A stretch of 64,000 bases of DNA from Candidatus Omnitrophota bacterium (GTDB lineage Bacteria; Omnitrophota; Gorgyraeia; Gygaellales; Profunditerraquicolaceae): positions 204,772 through 268,771 of the forward strand of contig JAQUOD010000002.1 in the NCBI GenBank assembly GCA_028717245.1, read 5' to 3'. Below are positions 56,413-64,000 of the stretch, one piece after another; positions within the stretch are counted from its first letter, which is position 1, and every line of letters begins with the position of its first letter. The translations under genes were made by a program, and so were the position numbers. Below the pieces are notes generated by a model. The model had not been told where the DNA came from, searched no databases, and saw nothing but the letters and a program-made list of their open reading frames with translations.

Positions 56413-56786
56413 GCGGCCTGTCTTGGCTTGCTTTAAATGAATCTGTCAATTTTCTCGCTCAAGTCGGTTTTGCCCTATCGGGCACGCCAAAGGTCTTTCG
56501 TGAACTCGGCAGCTGCGGAACTCGCCCGTCGGCTTTCGCCAGGACGGGCTCAAACATCCTCGCTGTCCGAATGCTTCCGCGTTCGGATTCCCTCGTTCAC
56601 TCAAGCTGCTTTGGCTAAAACCTCCATTTGCTCGAAAACCGCCAGATTCATTTGTTGTAAATTGACATATTTATTTTTAGCGGGTGGCGCGGGGATGCCT
56701 CGAGGAAAATTTGACGAGAGGCACCCCGTGACAGGACCCGCTACCTCATAAGATAGAAATGCGAGAAAGCAAGACAAGGCAGCCGC
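56413..56786. ncRNA. candidate large structured non-coding RNA or structured element (~375 nt, GC-rich, unidentified family)
   Basis: GCGGCCTGTCTTGGCTTGC (56413-56431) is complementary to GCAAGACAAGGCAGCCGC (56769-56786). Internal hairpins include GCCCGTC...GACGGGC, CCGAA...TTCGG and a nested GCGGGT/GGGG/GCCTC...GAGGC/CCCC/ACCCGC structure. Local GC is near 58% against a ~45% background. Overlapping ORFs are R/S/A-rich and not protein-like. Confidence 0.3.
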
Positions 56787-56805
56787 TAAGAGTGTTATTG
56801 AGTCA

Positions 56806-56834
56806 TTTACAAATTTCAATCTGCGTATTATAAT
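56806..56834 (+). promoter_or_regulatory. sigma70-like promoter TTTACA-17-TATAAT for the UPF0371 gene
   Basis: Hexamers and spacer were read directly; RBS AAGGAG precedes the ATG at 56859. Confidence 0.5.
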
Positions 56835-56858
56835 ATAGATGATAATGATAAGGAGTAT

Positions 56859-58385
56859 ATGGTTAAGAGAGTAGGTTTTGATAATGAGAAGTACCTCAAA
56901 GAGCAGACTGCCGCGATTTCAGATAGGGTAAAAAAGTTCGATAATAAATTATATCTGGAATTTGGCGGAAAGCTCTGTTTTGATTATCACGCCGCGCGCG
57001 TCCTGCCCGGATATGACCCCAATGTCAAAATAAGGCTATTGCAGTTATTAAAGGATAAAATAGATATTGTCCTGTGTATCTATGCCGGAGACATTGAGAA
57101 AGGAAGGGTAAGGGGGGATTTCGGGATAACTTACGATGTTGCTACTTTAAAGTTAATCGATGATTTGAGAAAATGGGGGCTGGATATTGTTGCGGTGGTA
57201 ATCACGCGTTTTACCAACCAGCCCACGGCAGTTATCTTTAAGAATAAATTAGAACGCCGGGGCGTAAAGGTCTATCTGCATTACCCTATAGAAGGATATC
57301 CTGCCAATATAGATTTAGTGACTAGCGAGGAGGGTTTCGGTAAAAACGAATATATAGAAACCCAAAAGCCGATTGTTATAGTAACCGGCCCGGGCCCGGG
57401 GAGCGGGAAACTGGCTACCTGCCTCTCGCAGTTATACCAGGAGCACAAGCGCAGGGTAAACGCCGGCTACGCAAAATTTGAAACTTTTCCTATTTGGAAT
57501 ATCCCGCTCAAACATCCGGTTAACGTTGCCTATGAAGCAGCCACCGCCGACATACAGGATTTTAATTTAGTAGATCCTTTTCATCTGAATACTTATAGCG
57601 AAACCGCTATAAATTATAACCGTGACGTAGAGAGTTTTCCTATACTGAAATTGATCCTGGGCAAGATTTTCGATAAAGGCGCGCAGGTACCTATGTATAA
57701 TTCGCCTACGGATATGGGGGTTAACCGTGCGGGTTTCGGTATTGTGGATGATGCCATAGTGCAGGAGGCGGCAAAACAGGAATTAATCCGCAGGTATTTC
57801 AGGTATAACTCAGAATATGTTTTGGGCATAGAAAAGAAAGAGACAGTAGACAGGGTGATGCTTTTGATGGAAGAGCTAGGCGTTAAGATTACGGACCGCT
57901 CTGTCGTAGAACCGGCCAGGGTTGCTGCTGAAGAGGCAGAAGCCAAAGCTCAGGGCAATGCCGGCATATATTGCGGGGCTGCCATAGAGTTAAAAGACGG
58001 CCGGATTATCACCGGTAAAAATTCCCACCTGATGCATGCTGCTTCAAGCCTGATATTGAACGCCACAAAGGTCCTGGCCAATATTCCCGACGAAATACTC
58101 CTGCTTTCTCCGCATATCATAAACCAGATCTCCAAGTTAAAAGAAGGGATCTTAAATGCCGAATCCGAGAGTTTGGATTTAGAGGAGACTTTAATTGCCC
58201 TCTCCATCAGCGCCACCACCAACCATACCGCAGAATTAGCCATGAAAAAGCTGGTAGAATTAAAAGGCTGCGAAGTGCACACAACGCACATCCCTACCCC
58301 CGGAGATGAGGTCGGCTTAAAAAGGTTAGGCGTGAACTTGACTACCGACGGTAAATTTTCGTCCCGTAATCTCTTCGTAACTTAA
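56859..58385 (+). CDS. UPF0371/DUF1846-family protein (function unknown)
   Basis: From memory, the N-terminal GFDNEKYLKEQ and overall ~500-aa layout look like this family. Not verified. Confidence 0.4.
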   Translation: MVKRVGFDNEKYLKEQTAAISDRVKKFDNKLYLEFGGKLCFDYHAARVLPGYDPNVKIRLLQLLKDKIDIVLCIYAGDIEKGRVRGDFGITYDVATLKLIDDLRKWGLDIVAVVITRFTNQPTAVIFKNKLERRGVKVYLHYPIEGYPANIDLVTSEEGFGKNEYIETQKPIVIVTGPGPGSGKLATCLSQLYQEHKRRVNAGYAKFETFPIWNIPLKHPVNVAYEAATADIQDFNLVDPFHLNTYSETAINYNRDVESFPILKLILGKIFDKGAQVPMYNSPTDMGVNRAGFGIVDDAIVQEAAKQELIRRYFRYNSEYVLGIEKKETVDRVMLLMEELGVKITDRSVVEPARVAAEEAEAKAQGNAGIYCGAAIELKDGRIITGKNSHLMHAASSLILNATKVLANIPDEILLLSPHIINQISKLKEGILNAESESLDLEETLIALSISATTNHTAELAMKKLVELKGCEVHTTHIPTPGDEVGLKRLGVNLTTDGKFSSRNLFVT

Positions 58386-58409
58386 TAGCTAAAATCGGGA
58401 ATATCAAAA

Positions 58410-59804
58410 GTGCCTATAACCATAAAATTTTTAGGCGGAGTAAGGACCGTTACGGGCTCAAGCCACTTAGCCTCAACAGATAAGGCCGAGGTCCTTATTG
58501 ATGCCGGGCTCTTCCATGGGCATCGCGATGCCTTTTATCGGGTGAATACTACTTTCAACTATAATCCGCGCAAAATAAATGCCCTGGTTTTATCCCACGC
58601 CCACATTGACCATTGCGGCAACATACCCAGCTTGATAAAGCAGGGCCTGCGCTGCAGGATATATACTACATCTGCTACCCGGGATTTAGCCAGGTTGATG
58701 CTGGAAGATTCAGGCAAAATCCAGGAAGAAGATGTCCGTTATGTCAATAAAATCAATAAAAGGCTGGGGTTGCCTTTACGCAAACCTCTTTACACCCGCA
58801 AAGAAGCATTAAAAGCCATGTCCAGATTCAGGGCCATTTCTTATGCGCAAAAATTTTGCGTGGCAGGAGATATCTTTGTTACTTTTTATGACGCCGGGCA
58901 CATTTTAGGTTCAAGCATTATCGTCCTGGATATAAAAGACGGCGCAAAGGCCGTGAGGTTAGGTTATGCCGTGGACTTAGGCAGGAAGAATTTGCCTTTG
59001 CTTAATGACCCGGTAGTGCCGCCGGGGTTAGATTATTTGATTCTGGAGAGCACTTACGGCGGCAGGCTCCATGCGCCCATAGAGCAGGCAAGGGCCAGGC
59101 TCAAAGATGCGATTAACGGCACTGTGGGGCGTAAAGGAAAAATCCTTATTCCCGCCTTTACCCTTGAACGCACGCAAGAAGTCATCTATTTTTTAAACGA
59201 ACTCTTAAAAGAGAAAGCTATAGCGCCTATACCCGTGTATGTGGATAGCCCTCTGGCCCTGGGTATAACCGATTTATTCAAATACCACTCTTCTTACCTG
59301 AATGAACAGACCCGTCAGGATATGCGTCAGGGTAATAATCCCTTTGAATTCCTGAACCTTAAATTTATCCGCGACCAGAATGAATCAAAGGCATTGAATA
59401 ACGATAAGCGGCCGATGATTATCATTGCCGGTTCGGGTATGTGCGAATCCGGGAGGATCCTGCACCACTTAAAGAACAATATCGAGGATTCCCGCAATAC
59501 CATTTTGGTCGTAGGTTATATGGCAGCCGATACCCTGGGTAAAAAAATTGTAGATAAGGCGCGTTTTGTGCATATATTCGGGGTGGAATATGAACTCAAT
59601 GCCGAGGTGATAGTCATTAATGCCTTCTCCGGCCATGCCGATAAAAACGGGTTAGTGGATTTTGTTTCGCGCTGCCTTCCTTTAAAGCGGATATTTTTAG
59701 TCCACGCTGACCCCGGCCAATCTCAGGCCCTATTTGAGATACTTACCCAACAGGGGCTGGCTGCTTATCTTCCCGAAAAGAACGAAGAAATCTTGCTTAA
59801 TTAA
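58410..59804 (+). CDS. beta-CASP family MBL-fold hydrolase (putative RNA-processing nuclease)
   Basis: MBL motif HAHIDHCG, beta-CASP motifs downstream; GTG start. Confidence 0.6.
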   Translation: MPITIKFLGGVRTVTGSSHLASTDKAEVLIDAGLFHGHRDAFYRVNTTFNYNPRKINALVLSHAHIDHCGNIPSLIKQGLRCRIYTTSATRDLARLMLEDSGKIQEEDVRYVNKINKRLGLPLRKPLYTRKEALKAMSRFRAISYAQKFCVAGDIFVTFYDAGHILGSSIIVLDIKDGAKAVRLGYAVDLGRKNLPLLNDPVVPPGLDYLILESTYGGRLHAPIEQARARLKDAINGTVGRKGKILIPAFTLERTQEVIYFLNELLKEKAIAPIPVYVDSPLALGITDLFKYHSSYLNEQTRQDMRQGNNPFEFLNLKFIRDQNESKALNNDKRPMIIIAGSGMCESGRILHHLKNNIEDSRNTILVVGYMAADTLGKKIVDKARFVHIFGVEYELNAEVIVINAFSGHADKNGLVDFVSRCLPLKRIFLVHADPGQSQALFEILTQQGLAAYLPEKNEEILLN

Positions 59805-59846
59805 GGATTGTGTGGTAATATTAGCGGAATTAAATAGGAGGACACA

Positions 59847-60095
59847 ATGGCAGGCGGAAAATCAACGCCCAAGAAAGATAAGGCGCTTAAGGTATCCGGA
59901 GGAAAAATAGTCAAGACAGGCGAAATCCTGGCCAGGGGAATTAATACTTATAAGGCAGGCCAGAACGTCAGGGGAAGGGGTACACTTTTTGCCCTCTGCC
60001 CGGGGAAAATTCATTTTACGAAAAAAAAGACCAGTCACGGCAGGCCCCGGACCTTTATCAATATCATGCCGGTTAACGAAAAATCCGTTAAATAG
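59847..60095 (+). CDS. rpmA: 50S ribosomal protein L27
   Basis: G.IL.R.G......G.NV..G.TLFAL..G.I.F pattern matches the L27 core. RBS AGGAGG. Confidence 0.55.
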   Translation: MAGGKSTPKKDKALKVSGGKIVKTGEILARGINTYKAGQNVRGRGTLFALCPGKIHFTKKKTSHGRPRTFINIMPVNEKSVK

Positions 60096-60097
60096 AC

Positions 60098-61222
60098 GTG
60101 TCCGGCCCAGGTGATGATAATCTTTTAAATAAGGCCAAGAGATATTCTTCCCTCAAGTATAGCCTGGCCCTTTTGGATATAGTTTATGTTATCGCGCTAC
60201 TTTTAATATTTTTAGGGCTGGGCATATCCAAGGGCCTGGCAGAGACGCTCAGCAATTTTACTCAGAGTCAATATATCGTCGTCCCGCTCTTTATCCTCAT
60301 AGTCTCACTTGCCTATTATCTGCTTAGCTTTCCTTTAAATTTTTATTCCTCGTATATACTGGAACATAAATTTTCCCTCTCCCGGCAGAAATTAGGGGAT
60401 TGGTTCCTGGATCAGGCCAAGGCAGGCATTATTTCTTATCTCATCGGCCTCATCTTTATTTCTGTATTGTATTATGTATTGAAGTGTTATGTCTTTAGCT
60501 GGTGGTGGATTATTTCTTTTATCTGGATATTCTTCAGCCTGATTTTAGCCAGGCTTACGCCTGTTGTGATTATACCTTTATTTTTCAAATATAAGAAACT
60601 CTCAGACGATAATCTCCGGCAGCGGATTCTACGCCTGGCAGATAAGATGAGAATCAGAGGGCTTGATGTCTTTGAGATAGACTTCAGTAAAAAAACGCAA
60701 AAAGCAAATGCTGCTTTTGTCGGAGTCGGCAGGACAAAACGGGTGATATTGGCGGATACGTTAAGGGATAAATATAGCCCTGATGAAATTGAGGTTATCC
60801 TGGCGCATGAATTCGCGCATTACAGGTTAAGGCACCTGCTTAAGCTTATTCTGGTCAGTTCTTTAGCTACGCTGCTGACATTTTATTTTATATTTAAAAC
60901 CAGTAATTATCTCCTGGGCCTGTTTGGTTTATCTTCCTTATTGGATATTGCGGCACTGCCGGTTATTTTTCTCTATTGGATTATATTCGGGATAATCACG
61001 CAGCCCTTGAATAACTATATCAGCCGCAGATTAGAAAGGAATGCGGATGCCCTGGCGTTAGAAACGACCGGATTAAAAGAGGCCTTTATTTCTACTATGG
61101 ATAAACTCTGTGAACAGAATCTTGCCGATAGAAAACCCCACCCGCTGATCAAGTTTTTTTTCTTTGACCACCCGCCCATCGATGAACGCATAACTCTTGC
61201 AAAGGGACAGGTACAATCTTAG
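60098..61222 (+). CDS. polytopic membrane zinc metalloprotease (HExxH; M48/M56-like)
   Basis: ILAHEFAHYRLRH zincin motif after multiple TM segments. The last six codons and the stop are contributed by REP copy A5. Confidence 0.5.
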   Translation: MSGPGDDNLLNKAKRYSSLKYSLALLDIVYVIALLLIFLGLGISKGLAETLSNFTQSQYIVVPLFILIVSLAYYLLSFPLNFYSSYILEHKFSLSRQKLGDWFLDQAKAGIISYLIGLIFISVLYYVLKCYVFSWWWIISFIWIFFSLILARLTPVVIIPLFFKYKKLSDDNLRQRILRLADKMRIRGLDVFEIDFSKKTQKANAAFVGVGRTKRVILADTLRDKYSPDEIEVILAHEFAHYRLRHLLKLILVSSLATLLTFYFIFKTSNYLLGLFGLSSLLDIAALPVIFLYWIIFGIITQPLNNYISRRLERNADALALETTGLKEAFISTMDKLCEQNLADRKPHPLIKFFFFDHPPIDERITLAKGQVQS

Positions 61223-61260
61223 TTTTGCACCAGGTGCCCGATTGGATTTGCACCAGGTGC
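61202..61260 (+). repeat. REP family A copy (A5) between convergent genes; overlaps the 3' end of the M48-like gene
   Basis: AAGGGACAGGTACAATCTTAGTTTTGCACCAGGTGCCCGATTGGATTTGCACCAGGTGC. The TAG at 61220-61222 inside the element terminates the upstream gene. Confidence 0.8.
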
Positions 61261-62480
61261 TAAAGGCCGAGGTTTTTGAATAAGGGGATGGAGATTTTAG
61301 CAATCTCAGGGTCAAACTGCTGTCCGGCGAGCCTCTTGATTTCCTGGCAGGCTTCGCTAGGAGTAAGGGAGGTGCGGTAAGGCCGGTTTGAGGTCATGGC
61401 ATCAAAGGCGTCGCAGACAACCAGGATCCTGGCGCCTAAGGGTGCCTCGTTACCTTTTAGCCCTTGAGGATAACCTGAACCGTTAAAGTATTCATGGTGG
61501 TCTGAAGCAATCTCCACAATTTCTTTTAAGCTGGGCAGCATCCCCATAATCTTACGGGTATGCGAGGCGTGTTTTTTAACTTCCAGGAATTCCTTCTCGG
61601 TAAGTTTCGTAGGCTTATTCATGATGTAACGGGAGATATTGATTTTGCCGATATCGTGTATAAGCCCTGCCCATTTTATCCGGGTTACTTCATCGTGTTC
61701 CAGTCTCATAGCTAAGGCAATCGCCAGGGCATAGCGCGAAACGCGCAGTGAATGCCCGGCAGAATAGGGGTGGCGCATATCGATAATCTGCGCCACAAAC
61801 TCCAGGGTTTTGCCGATGGCATCAATTTTAAAAGGTATGGGGATAAGCCCAACCGCAGCGCTCGTTTTCTTAAAGATTGAATCTGTGTTACGCCGGCCGG
61901 TTATTTGATGGAATAGCCTGTCCTCTTTCAATGCCTTTAATCCGGCGTCGAATAAATCCTGAGAATACTCTTTCCCGATATTTAAAGAAAGCTTATCCTC
62001 CATCTTTTTTAAATTACGGTAGCGGCCTGTCTGCAGGAGGATATCTATAGCATCACCCATCCTGATTATCTGGGAACCGAGAGGAATATATTTCTTTATT
62101 TTTGCCCGGGGGTAACCTGCGCCGTTTATCCATTCGTGATGGTCAAGGATTAGCCTTGCTATTTCATTCATCTGGGGGATATTGGATACCAGCTGCGCGC
62201 CGATGATAGGATGAGACAAAAGTATATTCCTGCTCGTCTTATCCTTACGTTTGAGATAATGGATTATATGAAAGGGAAACCCCACTCCGCCGATATCATG
62301 CAGGAGGCTGGCATAGAAGACGCATTTTAAAAGGCGGGTATCCGTTTTTTTACGGGCGAGCTTTGCCGATATTATGGCGACGCGCCAGGCATGATAGATA
62401 TTTTTTTTGCCTTCAATGTTGGTTACATAAGAAATAGTGTTGATTAATTCGCTTACGGTTTTAGTGGGGTCTATCTTCAT
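61260..62480 (-). CDS. tandem HD-GYP domain protein (putative c-di-GMP phosphodiesterase)
   Basis: Two HD modules (LLHDIGGVG; LIHDIGKINI), each followed by an HHE..NG.GYP signature (HHEWINGAGYP; HHEYFNGSGYP). Confidence 0.7.
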   Translation of the reverse strand: MKIDPTKTVSELINTISYVTNIEGKKNIYHAWRVAIISAKLARKKTDTRLLKCVFYASLLHDIGGVGFPFHIIHYLKRKDKTSRNILLSHPIIGAQLVSNIPQMNEIARLILDHHEWINGAGYPRAKIKKYIPLGSQIIRMGDAIDILLQTGRYRNLKKMEDKLSLNIGKEYSQDLFDAGLKALKEDRLFHQITGRRNTDSIFKKTSAAVGLIPIPFKIDAIGKTLEFVAQIIDMRHPYSAGHSLRVSRYALAIALAMRLEHDEVTRIKWAGLIHDIGKINISRYIMNKPTKLTEKEFLEVKKHASHTRKIMGMLPSLKEIVEIASDHHEYFNGSGYPQGLKGNEAPLGARILVVCDAFDAMTSNRPYRTSLTPSEACQEIKRLAGQQFDPEIAKISIPLFKNLGL

Positions 62481-62482
62481 TT

Positions 62483-63628
62483 TTACCTAAGCATTTCAGC
62501 AACTATCTGCGCTGCTTTCATGCTTGCTCCTTTTTCTCCGAGAGAGGCAGCGACATAAGACAGGCCTTCCCGTATCCGGCTTAATTTTTCCTTATCCTTC
62601 AGGGTTTTAATTATATAACCGGCGATTCTGCGGGGCCGGGCATTATATTGTATAAATTCTTCGATGATTTTCTCTCCTTTAACTACATTGACTAAACCTA
62701 TGTAAGGTATCCTGATTTTCATCCTCAAATAGGCCCAGGTGGGGAAGGAGACCTTGTATAAAATTACCATCGGTATTCCCAGTATGGCTGTTTCCAAGGT
62801 AGCGGTCCCTGAGGCAACCAGGGCAAAATCCGAAGCTGCTAAGCCGTCGTAAGCCCTGCCCGAAACCAGCCGTAGCGTCAGCGCCTTATGGCGGAGAAGC
62901 ATTTTTTTAAATAAATCTTCTTTTACCGTCGTAGACCTGAGGATTAAAAATTGGGTATTGCCCCCCATGCCCTTAGAAATCAAAGCGGCACTATCCAGCA
63001 TTACCGGTAGGAGCGCCTTGACTTCTTTTTCCCTTGAGCCGGGCAGGAGCGCCAGAGTGAGGCGATTTGAATCTAGATTGAGTTCTCTAAAAAGTTCTTC
63101 CCTGTTCACCTTAGGCCTGACAATATCCAGCAAGGGGTGGCCAACGAAGGATACCGGTATGTTATGTTTTTGGTAAAGCGCCTCTTCAAATTTAAAGACC
63201 ACCAGCATTCTTTTTACCAATTTTCCGATAATCTCTATCCTATTTTCACCCCAGGCCCAGACCTGGGGGCTGATATAGTAGATAATAGGTATATTTCTTT
63301 TTTTTAGTTCTCCTGCCAGGCGCAGGTTAAAACCCGGATAATCCACCAGTATGGCCAAGTCGGGCCTTACTTTATCTACTTCCCTGAGTATCCCGCAGAA
63401 GACCTCGCGGAATTCCTTAAGGTTTTTCAGGACCTCAAAGAACCCCACTACTGCCAAATCCACCAGATTAAAATACAGGTTTACCCCTTCTTTTTTTAAG
63501 GCCTCACCGCCCAGGCCGAAGAAATTCAACTGCGGGTAAATATTTTTTAGGGCTTTCACCAGGCACGAGGCGTGCAGGTCTCCTGATGCCTCGCCTGCGA
63601 CGATCAGGATATTCTTTGGGTTTTCCAT
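62483..63628 (-). CDS. lpxB: lipid-A-disaccharide synthase
   Basis: N-terminal ILIVAGEASGDLHA and the overall GT19 layout. Confidence 0.8.
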   Translation of the reverse strand: MENPKNILIVAGEASGDLHASCLVKALKNIYPQLNFFGLGGEALKKEGVNLYFNLVDLAVVGFFEVLKNLKEFREVFCGILREVDKVRPDLAILVDYPGFNLRLAGELKKRNIPIIYYISPQVWAWGENRIEIIGKLVKRMLVVFKFEEALYQKHNIPVSFVGHPLLDIVRPKVNREELFRELNLDSNRLTLALLPGSREKEVKALLPVMLDSAALISKGMGGNTQFLILRSTTVKEDLFKKMLLRHKALTLRLVSGRAYDGLAASDFALVASGTATLETAILGIPMVILYKVSFPTWAYLRMKIRIPYIGLVNVVKGEKIIEEFIQYNARPRRIAGYIIKTLKDKEKLSRIREGLSYVAASLGEKGASMKAAQIVAEMLR

Positions 63629-64000
63629 ATTTGTTTGGAGATTTCAAAGGCGACTCTCAACGCTTCTCTGGCTACCTCGCCGGAAACAAGCGGCACTCTG
63701 TTTTGCGCTACGCAGTCGATAAAAGCGGAGAGTTCTTTTTTCAGGGGTTGTTCTTTTTCTATGGGCAGGGCTTCTTTAGAAATAGAGGAATCCGTTTTTT
63801 TATAGACAAAGGCCTCTTCGTTCTTGTAATCCAGGGATATGTAGGTATTCTTAAAGAAAATGCGGATTTTACGCATCGCTTCATCGGAGACGCGGCTGGC
63901 AGTCAAATTACACACGCAGCCATTCTTAAAGGTAAGGCGGGCATTGGCAATATCCTCAAGCGGGGTCAGGACCGGGATGCCTACTGCCTCAATTTTCTTT
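63604..64000 (-). CDS. partial CDS (5' end beyond the window): C-terminal part of a Gfo/Idh/MocA-like oxidoreductase, as is common next to lpxB
   Basis: The frame is open from 63604 to the window edge. The ORF-track start at 63915 is only an internal GTG. The tail EALRVAFEISKQIW looks Gfo/Idh/MocA-like. Confidence 0.4.
   Translation of the reverse strand, partial: KKIEAVGIPVLTPLEDIANARLTFKNGCVCNLTASRVSDEAMRKIRIFFKNTYISLDYKNEEAFVYKKTDSSISKEALPIEKEQPLKKELSAFIDCVAQNRVPLVSGEVAREALRVAFEISKQIWKTQRIS

Noticed and set aside
56540-56600. tRNA/tmRNA-like T-loop motif GCGTTCGGATTCCCTCG
   Set aside because: The flanking bases do not form a T-stem and no acceptor or anticodon arms could be built. Not a tRNA.
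56413-56786. Assignment of the structured region to RNase P RNA, SRP RNA or tmRNA
   Set aside because: The universally conserved motifs (GGAAAGTCCGGGCTCC / AGGGTGAAA for RNase P; GGAAGCAGCC-type domain IV for SRP; CCACCA 3' end and tag ORF for tmRNA) are absent on both strands. The partial resemblances (GACAGGACCCGC, AAGGCAGCC) are too weak.

Overview
This 64-kb window comes from an AT-rich (roughly 45% GC) bacterial genome. lpxB and a porin-like gene indicate a Gram-negative-type envelope. The giant gene, RAYT/REP load and AT-richness suggest an uncultivated Omnitrophota-like lineage, but that is inference only. Main content: (1) One uninterrupted 14.5-kb ORF (56..14530, 4,824 aa) encodes a membrane-embedded giant protein. 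It carries at least four methyltransferase-like modules (one Methyltransf_11-like, two MidA/NDUFAF7-like, one DOT1-like), two atypical kinase-like catalytic loops, HEAT-like repeats and an internal DedA/VTT-like multi-TM block. This is the most unusual object in the window. (2) A carbohydrate uptake/degradation locus led by two PilZ (c-di-GMP receptor) genes: ABC sugar transporter (SBP plus two permeases), GPH-type MFS symporter, two clan GH-A hydrolase-like secreted proteins, a secreted tandem CBM-like protein, a TPR protein, and ROK and LacI regulators. (3) Two REP-associated tyrosine transposase (RAYT, IS200-like HUH) genes, each bracketed by inverted copies of its own REP family. At least nine REP/BIME-like copies are dispersed at gene ends, and one supplies the stop codon of a gene. 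(4) Housekeeping blocks: class II RNR nrdJ with an NrdR-box pair, apgM, mnmG, a QueG-like gene, a complete Pho block (phoB-phoR-OM barrel-pstS-pstC-pstA-pstB-pstB2-phoU-pit-DUF47) with a Pho-box-like repeat, nadE, a nitrogen block (lrp/asnC, aminotransferase, glnA, GAF-ANTAR, malQ, gdhA), UPF0371, a beta-CASP hydrolase, L27, an M48-like protease, a tandem HD-GYP protein, lpxB and a 5'-truncated oxidoreductase gene at the right edge. (5) Other signals: perfect CTTACAG heptamer tracts inside two signal-peptide coding regions (candidate contingency loci), a 375-bp GC-rich non-coding region after gdhA with end-to-end complementarity (candidate structured RNA), and several promoter/terminator/operator candidates. 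No CRISPR, rRNA or tRNA was recognised.
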